Part shown: positions 40,637 through 49,448 of the stretch, piece by piece
How positions within the stretch are numbered: position 1 is the first letter of the stretch
Layout: each line of letters begins with the position of its first letter
DNA from: Candidatus Giovannonibacteria bacterium RIFOXYD1_FULL_48_21
GTDB lineage: Bacteria; Patescibacteriota; Minisyncoccia; JACPKW01; UBA11713
Direction: 5' to 3'
Length of the DNA: 64,000 bases
NCBI GenBank assembly: GCA_001778985.1
Contig: MFIU01000001.1
Span: 50,111 to 114,110, forward strand
The notes under the pieces: generated by a model
The model's database searches: none
Told to the model about the DNA's origin: nothing
What the model saw: the letters and a program-made list of their open reading frames with translations, nothing else
Translations under genes and position numbers: made by a program

Positions 40637-41914
40637 ATGGGCGGTTTTTCAGAAAAATACAAAAAATTTTTATCGATCTCTGCCATAGTTTTGATTTTAT
40701 CATCCGCCTTCTTTCCGTTTTCCAAGGCGCAGGCCATCGTTCCTGTTTTTGACGCTCCGGCAAATGTACTTCTAGGAACTATAAGCGGCTTTACGGGTTC
40801 GACGGCCGGTTTCACGGGAAGCTTAGTAGCCAAAGAATTCGGCTTCGATTCAATTGCTTGGCTCGTGGGAAAAGCTTTACTCCGAACCATCACCACGCAA
40901 ATTGTCAACTGGATTAAAACCGGTGACACCAGGGGGCCTTTGTTCGTGGAAAATTTTCTGGAGCATTTCTCGCGCGAAATGGACAACGCCGTGGGACTTT
41001 TCTTGGAGCAATATTTCGGCAGGAACTCCCAGCTTTTGGGGCTTTTATGCAGTCCGTTTCGCCTGACCCTGCCGCAACTTCTGGGCGTGCACCGCAGGTC
41101 CCAAGACTTCACCCAGCAGGCGCGCTGTAAGCTCTCGGACATCGTCAGAAACGTCGAGAATTTTAACGTTAACTTGTATTTCAACGACTTTTCGCACGGC
41201 GGCTGGGACGCCTGGTTCGCGATGCTGGAGCCGGAACACAATATGTTCGGGCAATATCTGACGGGCGTTTCTCGGCTTGAACGAGAGCGCGCCAGCGCAT
41301 TTTTCGCAGGCCAAACCGAAGCTCAGACTACCGGCGGCGGGCTTTTGTCCTGGCAGGAATGCGAAACCATCGCGATTCCGAGCCCAGACGGCATTGTCGC
41401 GGACGAAAGATTAAGACAAAACTGCAAAATTATGACGCCCGGCAAACTGGTTGAAGATTCTCTGGCGAACGCTTTTGGCTCGGGCATTAAACAATTGGAG
41501 CTTGCAGACGAGCTGAACGAAATCCTGGTCGCCTTCTTCCAGCTCTTGATAGACCAAATTCTTTCGCAAGGATTTTCAAGAACAAACCCAGGCACCATTA
41601 CTCCGCCTCCGGCGCCTCTTTTTGACTATTATCTTTTGACAAACGGGAGTATCAACGTAACTCGCGGAGCTTCGGGTTCTAATACGATTACCCGCGTGCT
41701 TATTTCCGGCACGCCGGCCGTCGTAAGTGTCGCGGCCTCGGGGCTTCCGGCTGGGACTACGGCCTCTTTCACCAACAACCCCTGCACAGTGCCCTGCGCC
41801 AGCGCCCTTACCATCAGCACGGCGTCAAGCACGCCTGACGGAAGTTTTTCTATTACAGTCACTGGCTCTCCCTTAAATAGGACCGCCACTTTCAGTCTAA
41901 TTGTTTCGCCATGA
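40637..41914 (+). CDS. Hypothetical secreted protein (425 aa)
   Basis: Signal peptide, with a C-terminal Ig-like Thr/Ser-rich region. Confidence 0.55.
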   Translation: MGGFSEKYKKFLSISAIVLILSSAFFPFSKAQAIVPVFDAPANVLLGTISGFTGSTAGFTGSLVAKEFGFDSIAWLVGKALLRTITTQIVNWIKTGDTRGPLFVENFLEHFSREMDNAVGLFLEQYFGRNSQLLGLLCSPFRLTLPQLLGVHRRSQDFTQQARCKLSDIVRNVENFNVNLYFNDFSHGGWDAWFAMLEPEHNMFGQYLTGVSRLERERASAFFAGQTEAQTTGGGLLSWQECETIAIPSPDGIVADERLRQNCKIMTPGKLVEDSLANAFGSGIKQLELADELNEILVAFFQLLIDQILSQGFSRTNPGTITPPPAPLFDYYLLTNGSINVTRGASGSNTITRVLISGTPAVVSVAASGLPAGTTASFTNNPCTVPCASALTISTASSTPDGSFSITVTGSPLNRTATFSLIVSP

Positions 41915-43875
41915 GAAACGTCTTTTTCCGAAAATTTATAGTAGCGCTTCTCATCCTGGGATTTTTTGTTATGTTTTTCGCGCCGCGCGCGAGTTTCGCG
42001 CAACCAAGCATAACATCAAACCTTTCTGGGTGTTCTTGGGGGGTTTTTTCTGTGCTTAATGACATAAACTGCCTCGCCTTTCCGGTAGCATATATACTCG
42101 ATTTTGTATTCACTTTTGTCGGTTGGTTTTTTGTGGGCATTTTAGGAAATATTTTTAGCTACACTTTAGGTTTGACGATTAACAACGGGTTATATCAAAA
42201 CATTGAACCGATAGCGACCGGCTGGGCTTTCACGCGCGATGTTGTAAACATATTTTTCATATTCGCGCTTCTTTTCATAGCCATCGCGACCATTCTTGGA
42301 ATCGAATCTTACGGAGTCAAAGCTTTACTGCCGCGGCTCATAATAATCGCCTTACTGGTAAACTTTAGTCTATTGGCGACTCAAGCAATCATTTTTGTTA
42401 CCAACGCCCTAGCATACGAACTTTACAGCGTTGTTACGGTAACGGGCGTCTCCTCCAAAATTCTTTCAAACTACGCTCAGCCTGGATTCAATCGTGATAT
42501 CGCGGGAGCTATCATGCAGGGCATCGGGCAACAGAGATTATTTAACGTCAATCCCTCGGGGCTTCAGCCGGGCTCTAGCGCTCCCCCAACCAGCGCCGCC
42601 CAGGTTAATATTGCCGTGATTGTGACCCTTGGGGCCTCTATATTCATAATGGCATTTGCCGGCTTTATATTTTTGGCGGGGTCATTTTTCTTCATTGTCC
42701 GAATGGCAACTTTATGGCTCTTGATGGTGCTCGCTCCTTTTGGCTTTGTCTTCTTAATTCTTCCCGCAACCAAAGGTTATGCCCAGAAGTGGTGGACCAC
42801 GCTTCAATCCCAAGCTTTATTCGCGCCCGCCTTCATGTTCTTTATAATAATTACCGTAAAAATGTCCAACGCGGATCTATTCGGAATAGTAAGAAGAATA
42901 AATAGTAATCCCAACATGGGCGCGACCGATCTCATTTTTCTTTTGATTATTCAAAGCACTGTTATTTTTCTTCTGCTGGGCGGCTCACTTATCATCGCCA
43001 AAACTCTCGGCATCTATGGCGCCGGAGCGGCGATAGGCATGGCCGCCGGCGCCGGCAAGGCGTTCAGGGGGTATGTGGGGAAGGGGGCGCTTAGGATGGG
43101 AGCGCTACCTGCCCGCGGACTAAACAAATTAGCTACGGCACCCGGAAGAATTCCATATGCCGGCCCCGTTTTCCGTGCATTACTTAAACCGCTAACTGCC
43201 GCTACGGGCGCGGCCGTAAGAGTAACGGATAAAGAAAAAACCGAACGCCAAGAAAGCTGGAAAAAACTTTCTCCTATTGCGCTTGCCGAAACATATCGTG
43301 GCGCAGTAAATCCGTTAACGCGAAAGGAAATACTGAAAGCTGCGGGAGAGTCTGGAAAATTAGATAAATTTAGTGAGGGTGAACTGCAAACAGCTTACAG
43401 TCAATTTAAAGATAAGCCGGCGGATGCAAGGGCCTACAATAATGTCGTAAAAGCAAGGCCGGACTTAATCGAAAAAGATAGTTCTCTTTCGCCCGCCGAT
43501 AAACGAACACGAATGACCGACGCATTGAGCAGGATGTCAGAAAAAGATATCGAAGAAAAACTGGATAAGAAAACTTTTGATCCAGCCAATGCCTTGACAC
43601 AAGAGTTGATGGTACTGACGTGGGGAGAAAGAGAAATGACCGCAGCCATCAGAAAACACGGAGAAGCAGCCAGAAATGCTGTAAACCAATCACTCGCTAC
43701 AATGGGGCCACCAGATGTTCAGTTCCGCAACTTATACGACAACAATAAAAGTTTCATCAAAGGTCTTTTCAGAAATCCAGCCCTTGCGCTTCAATTCGGC
43801 GTACTTAGAACTAACATGGAGAGAGCGGCAGCGCGGGCATATCCTGATTGGGAACATAGATTAGGAATTACATAA
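41911..43875 (+). CDS. Polytopic membrane protein, candidate VirB6/TrbL-like channel component
   Basis: 654 aa. Signal peptide, then at least six TM helices, then a hydrophilic C-terminal extension. Architecture only. Confidence 0.5.
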   Translation: MRNVFFRKFIVALLILGFFVMFFAPRASFAQPSITSNLSGCSWGVFSVLNDINCLAFPVAYILDFVFTFVGWFFVGILGNIFSYTLGLTINNGLYQNIEPIATGWAFTRDVVNIFFIFALLFIAIATILGIESYGVKALLPRLIIIALLVNFSLLATQAIIFVTNALAYELYSVVTVTGVSSKILSNYAQPGFNRDIAGAIMQGIGQQRLFNVNPSGLQPGSSAPPTSAAQVNIAVIVTLGASIFIMAFAGFIFLAGSFFFIVRMATLWLLMVLAPFGFVFLILPATKGYAQKWWTTLQSQALFAPAFMFFIIITVKMSNADLFGIVRRINSNPNMGATDLIFLLIIQSTVIFLLLGGSLIIAKTLGIYGAGAAIGMAAGAGKAFRGYVGKGALRMGALPARGLNKLATAPGRIPYAGPVFRALLKPLTAATGAAVRVTDKEKTERQESWKKLSPIALAETYRGAVNPLTRKEILKAAGESGKLDKFSEGELQTAYSQFKDKPADARAYNNVVKARPDLIEKDSSLSPADKRTRMTDALSRMSEKDIEEKLDKKTFDPANALTQELMVLTWGEREMTAAIRKHGEAARNAVNQSLATMGPPDVQFRNLYDNNKSFIKGLFRNPALALQFGVLRTNMERAAARAYPDWEHRLGIT

Positions 43876-43879
43876 AGAA

Positions 43880-44548
43880 ATGATGACGGATGTAGAAAAA
43901 AATTTTTACCAACTCCTAGAAAAACTTCCGAAGGATTTGCAAAATGCTATCTCGGGCGTGGATACTGCTGACGCTATCGAAAGCATCGCGAAGAAATACT
44001 CTCTACTTATCGACAAAATGGGTATTTTGGCCGAGGAGACTGGCTTAGTGATGCTGGGCATTACCCATCCAAAAGATTTTATCTCAAATCTTTCGCAGAA
44101 GCTCGGCGTGGACCGCGAAACCGCGAGAAAAATCGCCGAAGATATAAATCAGCAGATTTTTCAGAAAGTGAGAGAAAGTTTGCGGAAAATACACGGAATC
44201 AAAGAAGAAGCTCCGAGCATTTCGTCTGTTTCTCCTGTTTCGCCGGTATCCAAACCTCCTCCTCCCTTGCCCGCCGAAGCCTTGGCGAAGGCGGGGCCGT
44301 CAGTTTCCCAACCGCCAAAAAAGGAAATTCCCAAAGAAGAAATACGTCCACTGGAAATCCGCCCGATGAAAAGTTTCGCCGAAGAAACTAAAAAAGAAAT
44401 CAAACTTGCCGAGCCCGTGAAACCGGTGCCGCAGCTTGAAAAAATAAAAGTTATGCCTGTAGAAAAGGCGGCGCCGCCTCCAAATCTGCCGATTGCCGAC
44501 GAAAAAATAAAGAAAAAGTTCGACCCGTATAGAGAACCAATGAAGTAA
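43880..44548 (+). CDS. Hypothetical protein with a Pro-rich C-terminal half
   Basis: 222 aa (SPVSPVSKPPPPLPAEALAKAGPSVSQPPKKE). Confidence 0.5.
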   Translation: MMTDVEKNFYQLLEKLPKDLQNAISGVDTADAIESIAKKYSLLIDKMGILAEETGLVMLGITHPKDFISNLSQKLGVDRETARKIAEDINQQIFQKVRESLRKIHGIKEEAPSISSVSPVSPVSKPPPPLPAEALAKAGPSVSQPPKKEIPKEEIRPLEIRPMKSFAEETKKEIKLAEPVKPVPQLEKIKVMPVEKAAPPPNLPIADEKIKKKFDPYREPMK

Positions 44549-44550
44549 CC

Positions 44551-44970
44551 ATGTACCAATTTCAAGTGCCGCAATTCATAGAAGTGGAGGATAAAATTTT
44601 CGGGCCACTGACCCTGAAGCAGTTTTTGTACGTTTTGGGCGGCGGTTCCATAATTTTCCTCCTCTACGTCTTCTTGCCGTTTTTTCTGATGGTGCTTTTT
44701 GCCGCGCCAGTGGCGGTTCTCTTTGGAGCCCTCGCTTTCTACAAAATAAACGGCCAGCCTCTTGTAAAAATTTTGGAAGGGGCGCTTGAACACTATACCC
44801 GCTCGAGGCTTTTCATTTGGAAAAAGGTGGAACGTCCTAGAAAAACATCGGATGTTTCTCATTCAACATCCGATGTTGGAAAGACCGGCCTCTTTCTCCC
44901 CAAACTTACCGAGTCGAAATTAAAAGAATTAGCCTGGTCGCTGGATATCCAACATGGCAAACGCAGTTAG
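44551..44970 (+). CDS. PrgI/VirB3-like small membrane protein
   Basis: N-terminal EVEDKIFGPLTLKQFLYVLGG followed by two TM helices. Sits directly upstream of the VirB4-like genes. Confidence 0.55.
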   Translation: MYQFQVPQFIEVEDKIFGPLTLKQFLYVLGGGSIIFLLYVFLPFFLMVLFAAPVAVLFGALAFYKINGQPLVKILEGALEHYTRSRLFIWKKVERPRKTSDVSHSTSDVGKTGLFLPKLTESKLKELAWSLDIQHGKRS

Positions 44971-45610
44971 CGCCAAGAGCGCGCAAGAGTTTGTCCCGAT
45001 TCAGGAGATTCGGGAAGGGGTGGCGATTTTAAAAGACGGGGCTTTGCGAATGATTCTGATGGCCTCCTCGCTTAACTTCGCGCTCAAATCCGCGGACGAG
45101 CAGGAGGCGATTATTCTGCAGTACCAAAATTTTCTGAACTCGCTCGATTTCACGGTTCAGTTTTTCATCCAGTCCAGAAAGCTCAACATCAATCCCTATC
45201 TGGACACGCTCCGGGAAGCCGAGAAAAATCAGGTAAACGAGCTTCTTAAAATTCAGACTCGGGAATATATCGAGTTCATAAAGAATTTCGTGGAAGCTTC
45301 AAACATCGTTACCAAAGCTTTCTACGCCGTGGTGCCTTACCAGCCGCCGGTTTTCACCTCGGCCAAAGAAGCGGCCGGAACGATTATGGGAATTTTCAAG
45401 AAGAAAGACGAATCTCCGGTCGGGCTCTCGGACGAAAAATTTGAAGAATACAAAACCCAGCTTTTCCAAAGAGTAGATACGGTCGCGCAGGGCTTGACGC
45501 GTTCCGGAGTCAGGGTCGCGCCCTTGAACACCGAGGAGCTGATTGAGCTTTATTACTCGCTCTTTAATCCCGGGGAGCTTGAAAAAGGCAAAGCCCCGGA
45601 AGTGGGATAA
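44954..45610 (+). CDS. VirB4/TraC-family protein, N-terminal domain only, encoded as a separate ORF
   Basis: FVPIQEIREGVAILKDGALRMILMASSLNFALKSADEQEAIILQYQNFLNSL matches the N-terminal region of Gram-positive-type VirB4 (PrgJ/TcpF-like). Ends with TAA 5 nt before the next ATG. Confidence 0.6.
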   Translation: MANAVSAKSAQEFVPIQEIREGVAILKDGALRMILMASSLNFALKSADEQEAIILQYQNFLNSLDFTVQFFIQSRKLNINPYLDTLREAEKNQVNELLKIQTREYIEFIKNFVEASNIVTKAFYAVVPYQPPVFTSAKEAAGTIMGIFKKKDESPVGLSDEKFEEYKTQLFQRVDTVAQGLTRSGVRVAPLNTEELIELYYSLFNPGELEKGKAPEVG

Positions 45611-45615
45611 AAAAG

Positions 45616-47427
45616 ATGGCGTTCTTCAGAAAAAAACAACCAGAAAAAGAGCCGGAAATTTTATCGGTTTTCCCGCAGGACATTTACGAGGCCGGAGTTT
45701 TGGAGCTTCAGGATGTCATCGCGCCCGCGGCCCTTGAGATAAATTCCAACTTCATAAAGCTCGGAGAAAAAGTGGCGCGCACTCTTTTCATCTTCGCCTA
45801 TCCCAGATACCTCGCGGTCAACTGGTTTTCGCCCATTATCAATCTGGATAAAGTTTTCGACGTTTCTATTTTTATCCATCCCTTGGATACCGGCGCCGCG
45901 CTCCGCCAGCTTCAGAAAAAAGTGGCCGAGGTGCAATCCCAGATTCATCTGCGGGAGGAGAAGGGGCTCGTGCGCGACCCGATGCTCGATACGGCGCACC
46001 AGGACCTGGAAGCGCTTCGGGACAAACTCCAGCAGGCTCAAGAAAAACTTTTCTCATTCGGGCTTTATCTAACGATTTACGCCGACAGCCCGGAAGAACT
46101 GAATAAAACCGAAACAGAAATCCGCTCCATTCTGGAATCCAAGCTGGTCTACGCCAAACCGGCTCTGTTCCAGCAGGCTCCAGGGCTCGAGAGCGTCTTG
46201 CCGCTCGGCACGGACAAGCTCGAAGTCAACACCAAGCTTAATTCCTCTCCCATCTCCTCGCTTTTTCCCTTTATCTCTTTTGACCTGACTTCCAATAAGG
46301 GCATTCTCTACGGAATCAACCGCCACAATTCTTCTTTGGTTCTTTTTGACCGCTTTTCGCTCGAGAATTACAACTCCGTGGTCTTCGGCAAGGCCGGCGG
46401 CGGCAAAAGTTACGCCGTGAAATTGGAAATTCTCCGCTCGCTGATGCTGGACACCGATGTCATTGTGATTGACCCGGAGCGGGAGTATGAATATCTGGCC
46501 GAAACCGTGGACGGCAGATATTTCAATATCTCCCTCACCTCTCACCACCATATAAATCCTTTTGACCTGCCGCCGCCCCGCGAAGACGAATCTCCAGCCG
46601 ACGTTTTGCGCTCGAACATCATAAACCTGGTGGGGCTTTTGAGAATCATGTTCGGGGGCCTCACTCCGGAAGAAGACGCGATTTTGGACCGGGCCATCAC
46701 TGAAACCTATGCCTCGAGGGATATCACGCCGGAATCTGATTTTTCAAAAATAAATCCGCCGATTCTCTCGGATTTAGAGCTGGTCTTGGCAAATATGGAA
46801 GGCGGCGAATCTTTGGCCCAGCGCTTGAGAAAATACACTCAAGGAACTTGGGCCGGGTTCATCAACCAGCCCACGAACGTGGATATAAATAAGAAGCTCG
46901 TAGTCTTCTCGGTGAGAGATATGGAAGACGAACTTCGTCCCATCGCGATTTATCTGATTATCCACCATGTCTGGAACACGGTCCGAGCTTCTCTGAAAAA
47001 ACGGCTCCTGATAGTGGACGAGGCCTGGTGGCTCATGAAAACCGAGGACGGCGCTTCCTTTCTCTTCGGCATCGCCAAGCGCGCGAGAAAATACTACCTG
47101 GCCCTCTCCACCATCACCCAGGACGTGGGCGATTTTCTGAACTCGCCCTACGGAAAATCAATCATCACCAACTCCTCCTTACAGCTTTTGTTAAAACAGG
47201 CTCCGGCCACGATTGACTTGGTTAAAGAAACTTTCAATCTTACGGATGAAGAAAAGTTTTTGCTCCTGGAATCGGACGTGGGCGAAGGAATCTTTTTCGC
47301 GGGATTGAAGCATATCGCGATTAAAATTTTGGCTTCCTACACCGAGGACCAGATAATAACCTCCGACCCTTCCCAGCTTTTGGCGATTAAAAAGGCGAAA
47401 GAAGAGTATCAAAAAGCTAATTTGTAA
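45616..47427 (+). CDS. VirB4/TraC/CagE-family conjugation/secretion ATPase, C-terminal ATPase part
   Basis: Walker A GKAGGGKSY and Walker B LLIVDEAWW. 603 aa. Confidence 0.75.
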   Translation: MAFFRKKQPEKEPEILSVFPQDIYEAGVLELQDVIAPAALEINSNFIKLGEKVARTLFIFAYPRYLAVNWFSPIINLDKVFDVSIFIHPLDTGAALRQLQKKVAEVQSQIHLREEKGLVRDPMLDTAHQDLEALRDKLQQAQEKLFSFGLYLTIYADSPEELNKTETEIRSILESKLVYAKPALFQQAPGLESVLPLGTDKLEVNTKLNSSPISSLFPFISFDLTSNKGILYGINRHNSSLVLFDRFSLENYNSVVFGKAGGGKSYAVKLEILRSLMLDTDVIVIDPEREYEYLAETVDGRYFNISLTSHHHINPFDLPPPREDESPADVLRSNIINLVGLLRIMFGGLTPEEDAILDRAITETYASRDITPESDFSKINPPILSDLELVLANMEGGESLAQRLRKYTQGTWAGFINQPTNVDINKKLVVFSVRDMEDELRPIAIYLIIHHVWNTVRASLKKRLLIVDEAWWLMKTEDGASFLFGIAKRARKYYLALSTITQDVGDFLNSPYGKSIITNSSLQLLLKQAPATIDLVKETFNLTDEEKFLLLESDVGEGIFFAGLKHIAIKILASYTEDQIITSDPSQLLAIKKAKEEYQKANL

Positions 47428-47429
47428 AT

Positions 47430-47879
47430 ATGGCTGAAGCAGCTGCAATTGAGAATGCAGAACAAATGGAAGCGGAGCGAAGTATGAAGCTCCAGGAATC
47501 GCGCCTGAGAGCAAGGATTTCCAGAAGCGCCAAGGCTCAAGTGGCGGCCGGAGTCAAAATAGGTTTAGCGGCGGCATTTTTGATGCTTGGTTTTGCTGGT
47601 ATGCTGGATTTAGTAGACTGGCTCGGGGTAGGGTCGATTCCTCTGATCGGAGATATTCTGGACATATTTGGCGGCTTGGTCATTTACTTCTGGGTAAAAA
47701 TTAAGGGTCTTGATCAGAAAAAACCCTGGTACATTTCATGGCTAGCCGGCGGAGGAACGTTAGTGGAACTGATACCGGGCGGAGATATTCTTCCTTCATA
47801 TATTTTGACGGTCCTAGTAATCATAATCGTCAATACCTCGTGGGGTCAAAGATGGGCAAAGTTTCTCTCGCCAATATGA
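47430..47879 (+). CDS. Hypothetical membrane protein (149 aa)
   Basis: Charged N-terminus followed by three hydrophobic helices. Confidence 0.5.
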   Translation: MAEAAAIENAEQMEAERSMKLQESRLRARISRSAKAQVAAGVKIGLAAAFLMLGFAGMLDLVDWLGVGSIPLIGDILDIFGGLVIYFWVKIKGLDQKKPWYISWLAGGGTLVELIPGGDILPSYILTVLVIIIVNTSWGQRWAKFLSPI

Positions 47880-48874
47880 AATTTTGGATTTTAAATATAA
47901 TTTATATAATATTAGGAATATTGCTACTGCCAGCTCTTTCCGCCCAGGCCCAGCTTAGACTTCCGGGAGGGGCAAGCCTTTCCATAAAAATTTCTCCGGA
48001 ATTTCCGGATCCCGGAGCAGAAGTAAGGGCGGAGCTTCTCTCTTATAGTCTTGACGTGAACCGGGCCAGTATCACCTGGGCGCTCGACGGAAAAGCGCTG
48101 GCAAGCGGCGTTGGGGTTAAAGAAGTTTCGTTCAAAGCGGCCGCTCATGGTGCAAAAAATACTTTAAGCGCGAGTGCGACGAGCCCGGGCGGCGAAAGAT
48201 TCGAAACTTCGGTCGTTATCCGGCCTCAATCTGTGGACCTGATTCTTGACGCGAAAAGCCGCGTACCTCACTGGTACCGGGGCGCCGCGCTTCCCATTTC
48301 AAGAACCAGGGTGGTGGTGAGCGCGATTCCTAATTTCATCTCCAGCGGCGCCAGAATCAATCCTTCTTCCCTGCAATATGAATGGAGGGTTGACCGCCGA
48401 TTGATATCGGACTTTTCAGGGCGCGGCAAAGACAGCATTTCGGTTTTGACTCCGGGTCTAGGTGAAGTCGCCAAAGAAGTCATGGTCAAAGTAAGTTCGT
48501 CTGACGCTAGCTTGGTCAAAGAGGCGCGCGCGATGGTTCAGGCTTTTTCTCCAGAGATTCTTTTTTATGAGCGGCTGCCCCTCGAAGGAATTAAAACCTC
48601 TTTGGCCTTAAGGACTAAAAATCTTTTCGCCGGAGGCGAGTTCGAAGTCCAAGCCGTGCCTTTTTCCATGAATTACTCCTCTCTCTCTGACCTAAGTTTC
48701 TCCTGGAGCTTTGACGGCAACGCTACCGACCCCCTCTCTGGAGAGCCGGACACGCTCCTCGTAAAAACCGGTGGCGGCTCCGAGGGCCAATCGGGTTTGA
48801 TAGGAATCTTGGTATCAAATCTTAAAACTTTATTCGAATCGGTAAACGCGTCTTTCGATGTCAATATCCAGTAA
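47876..48874 (+). CDS. Hypothetical secreted protein
   Basis: Start set at MKFWILNIIYIILGILLLPALSAQA (a signal peptide). The ORF track's 47738 start overlaps the previous gene. Confidence 0.5.
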   Translation: MKFWILNIIYIILGILLLPALSAQAQLRLPGGASLSIKISPEFPDPGAEVRAELLSYSLDVNRASITWALDGKALASGVGVKEVSFKAAAHGAKNTLSASATSPGGERFETSVVIRPQSVDLILDAKSRVPHWYRGAALPISRTRVVVSAIPNFISSGARINPSSLQYEWRVDRRLISDFSGRGKDSISVLTPGLGEVAKEVMVKVSSSDASLVKEARAMVQAFSPEILFYERLPLEGIKTSLALRTKNLFAGGEFEVQAVPFSMNYSSLSDLSFSWSFDGNATDPLSGEPDTLLVKTGGGSEGQSGLIGILVSNLKTLFESVNASFDVNIQ

Positions 48875-49436
48875 AAAAATAATTTTATTTGCGGCCCTGC
48901 TTCTGATTTTGGGAGCGTCAAACGTTCAGGCGCTTGAAATCACGGCTGGAGCTTCAGCGCAGCCTCCTAATGATTTTCTAAGCTACGCAAAATTTCTCTA
49001 TCCGTTCGCGCTTTCCGTGGCCGCGGTCTTGGCGGTAATCATGATAATAATCGCCGGGCTTGAAATGATGACCGCTTCCGAGGGCCTTCGCGAAGACGCC
49101 AAGAAAAAAATCTGGGGCGCGGTTCTGGGGCTTTTGCTTGCAGTCGGCTCCTTTCTGATTTTACGCACTATAAATCCGCAGCTGATAAATTTAAATATAG
49201 ACACGAGCAGATTAGAAGTCATCACCCCAATCACCCCAGGTCCTGGACCGGGGCCAGGCGGTGTAGCTGACTGTATCGTAGATGGAAGGACATTTGAACT
49301 GACTAGAGCGCAATGCGCTTCTCACGGTGGCTGTTTTAAGAGTGGACGTATATTTGAGCTAACTAAAGCACAATGTGATTCTCACCAAGGTTGTTTTATC
49401 GGAACAGTCGGGAGTATAGGCGACTGCCACATATAA
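48858..49436 (+). CDS. Pilin-like protein (TrbC/VirB2-like topology) with a Cys-rich duplicated C-terminal motif
   Basis: Signal peptide, then two TM helices separated by TASEGLREDAKKK, then two copies of (T/I)FELT(R/K)AQC(A/D)SH(G/Q)GCF. Confidence 0.5.
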   Translation: MSISSKKIILFAALLLILGASNVQALEITAGASAQPPNDFLSYAKFLYPFALSVAAVLAVIMIIIAGLEMMTASEGLREDAKKKIWGAVLGLLLAVGSFLILRTINPQLINLNIDTSRLEVITPITPGPGPGPGGVADCIVDGRTFELTRAQCASHGGCFKSGRIFELTKAQCDSHQGCFIGTVGSIGDCHI

Positions 49437-49448
49437 GCAATTAAAACT

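Noticed and set aside
45601-45620. Homopolymer (A6) sequencing error or a programmed -1 frameshift joining the two VirB4 ORFs
   Set aside because: The TAA stop is formed by GATAA preceding and including the first As of the run, so a simple 1-nt indel in the A-run does not remove it. The A AAA AAG heptamer is not aligned with the zero-frame codons. It is kept as a genuine or mutational split.
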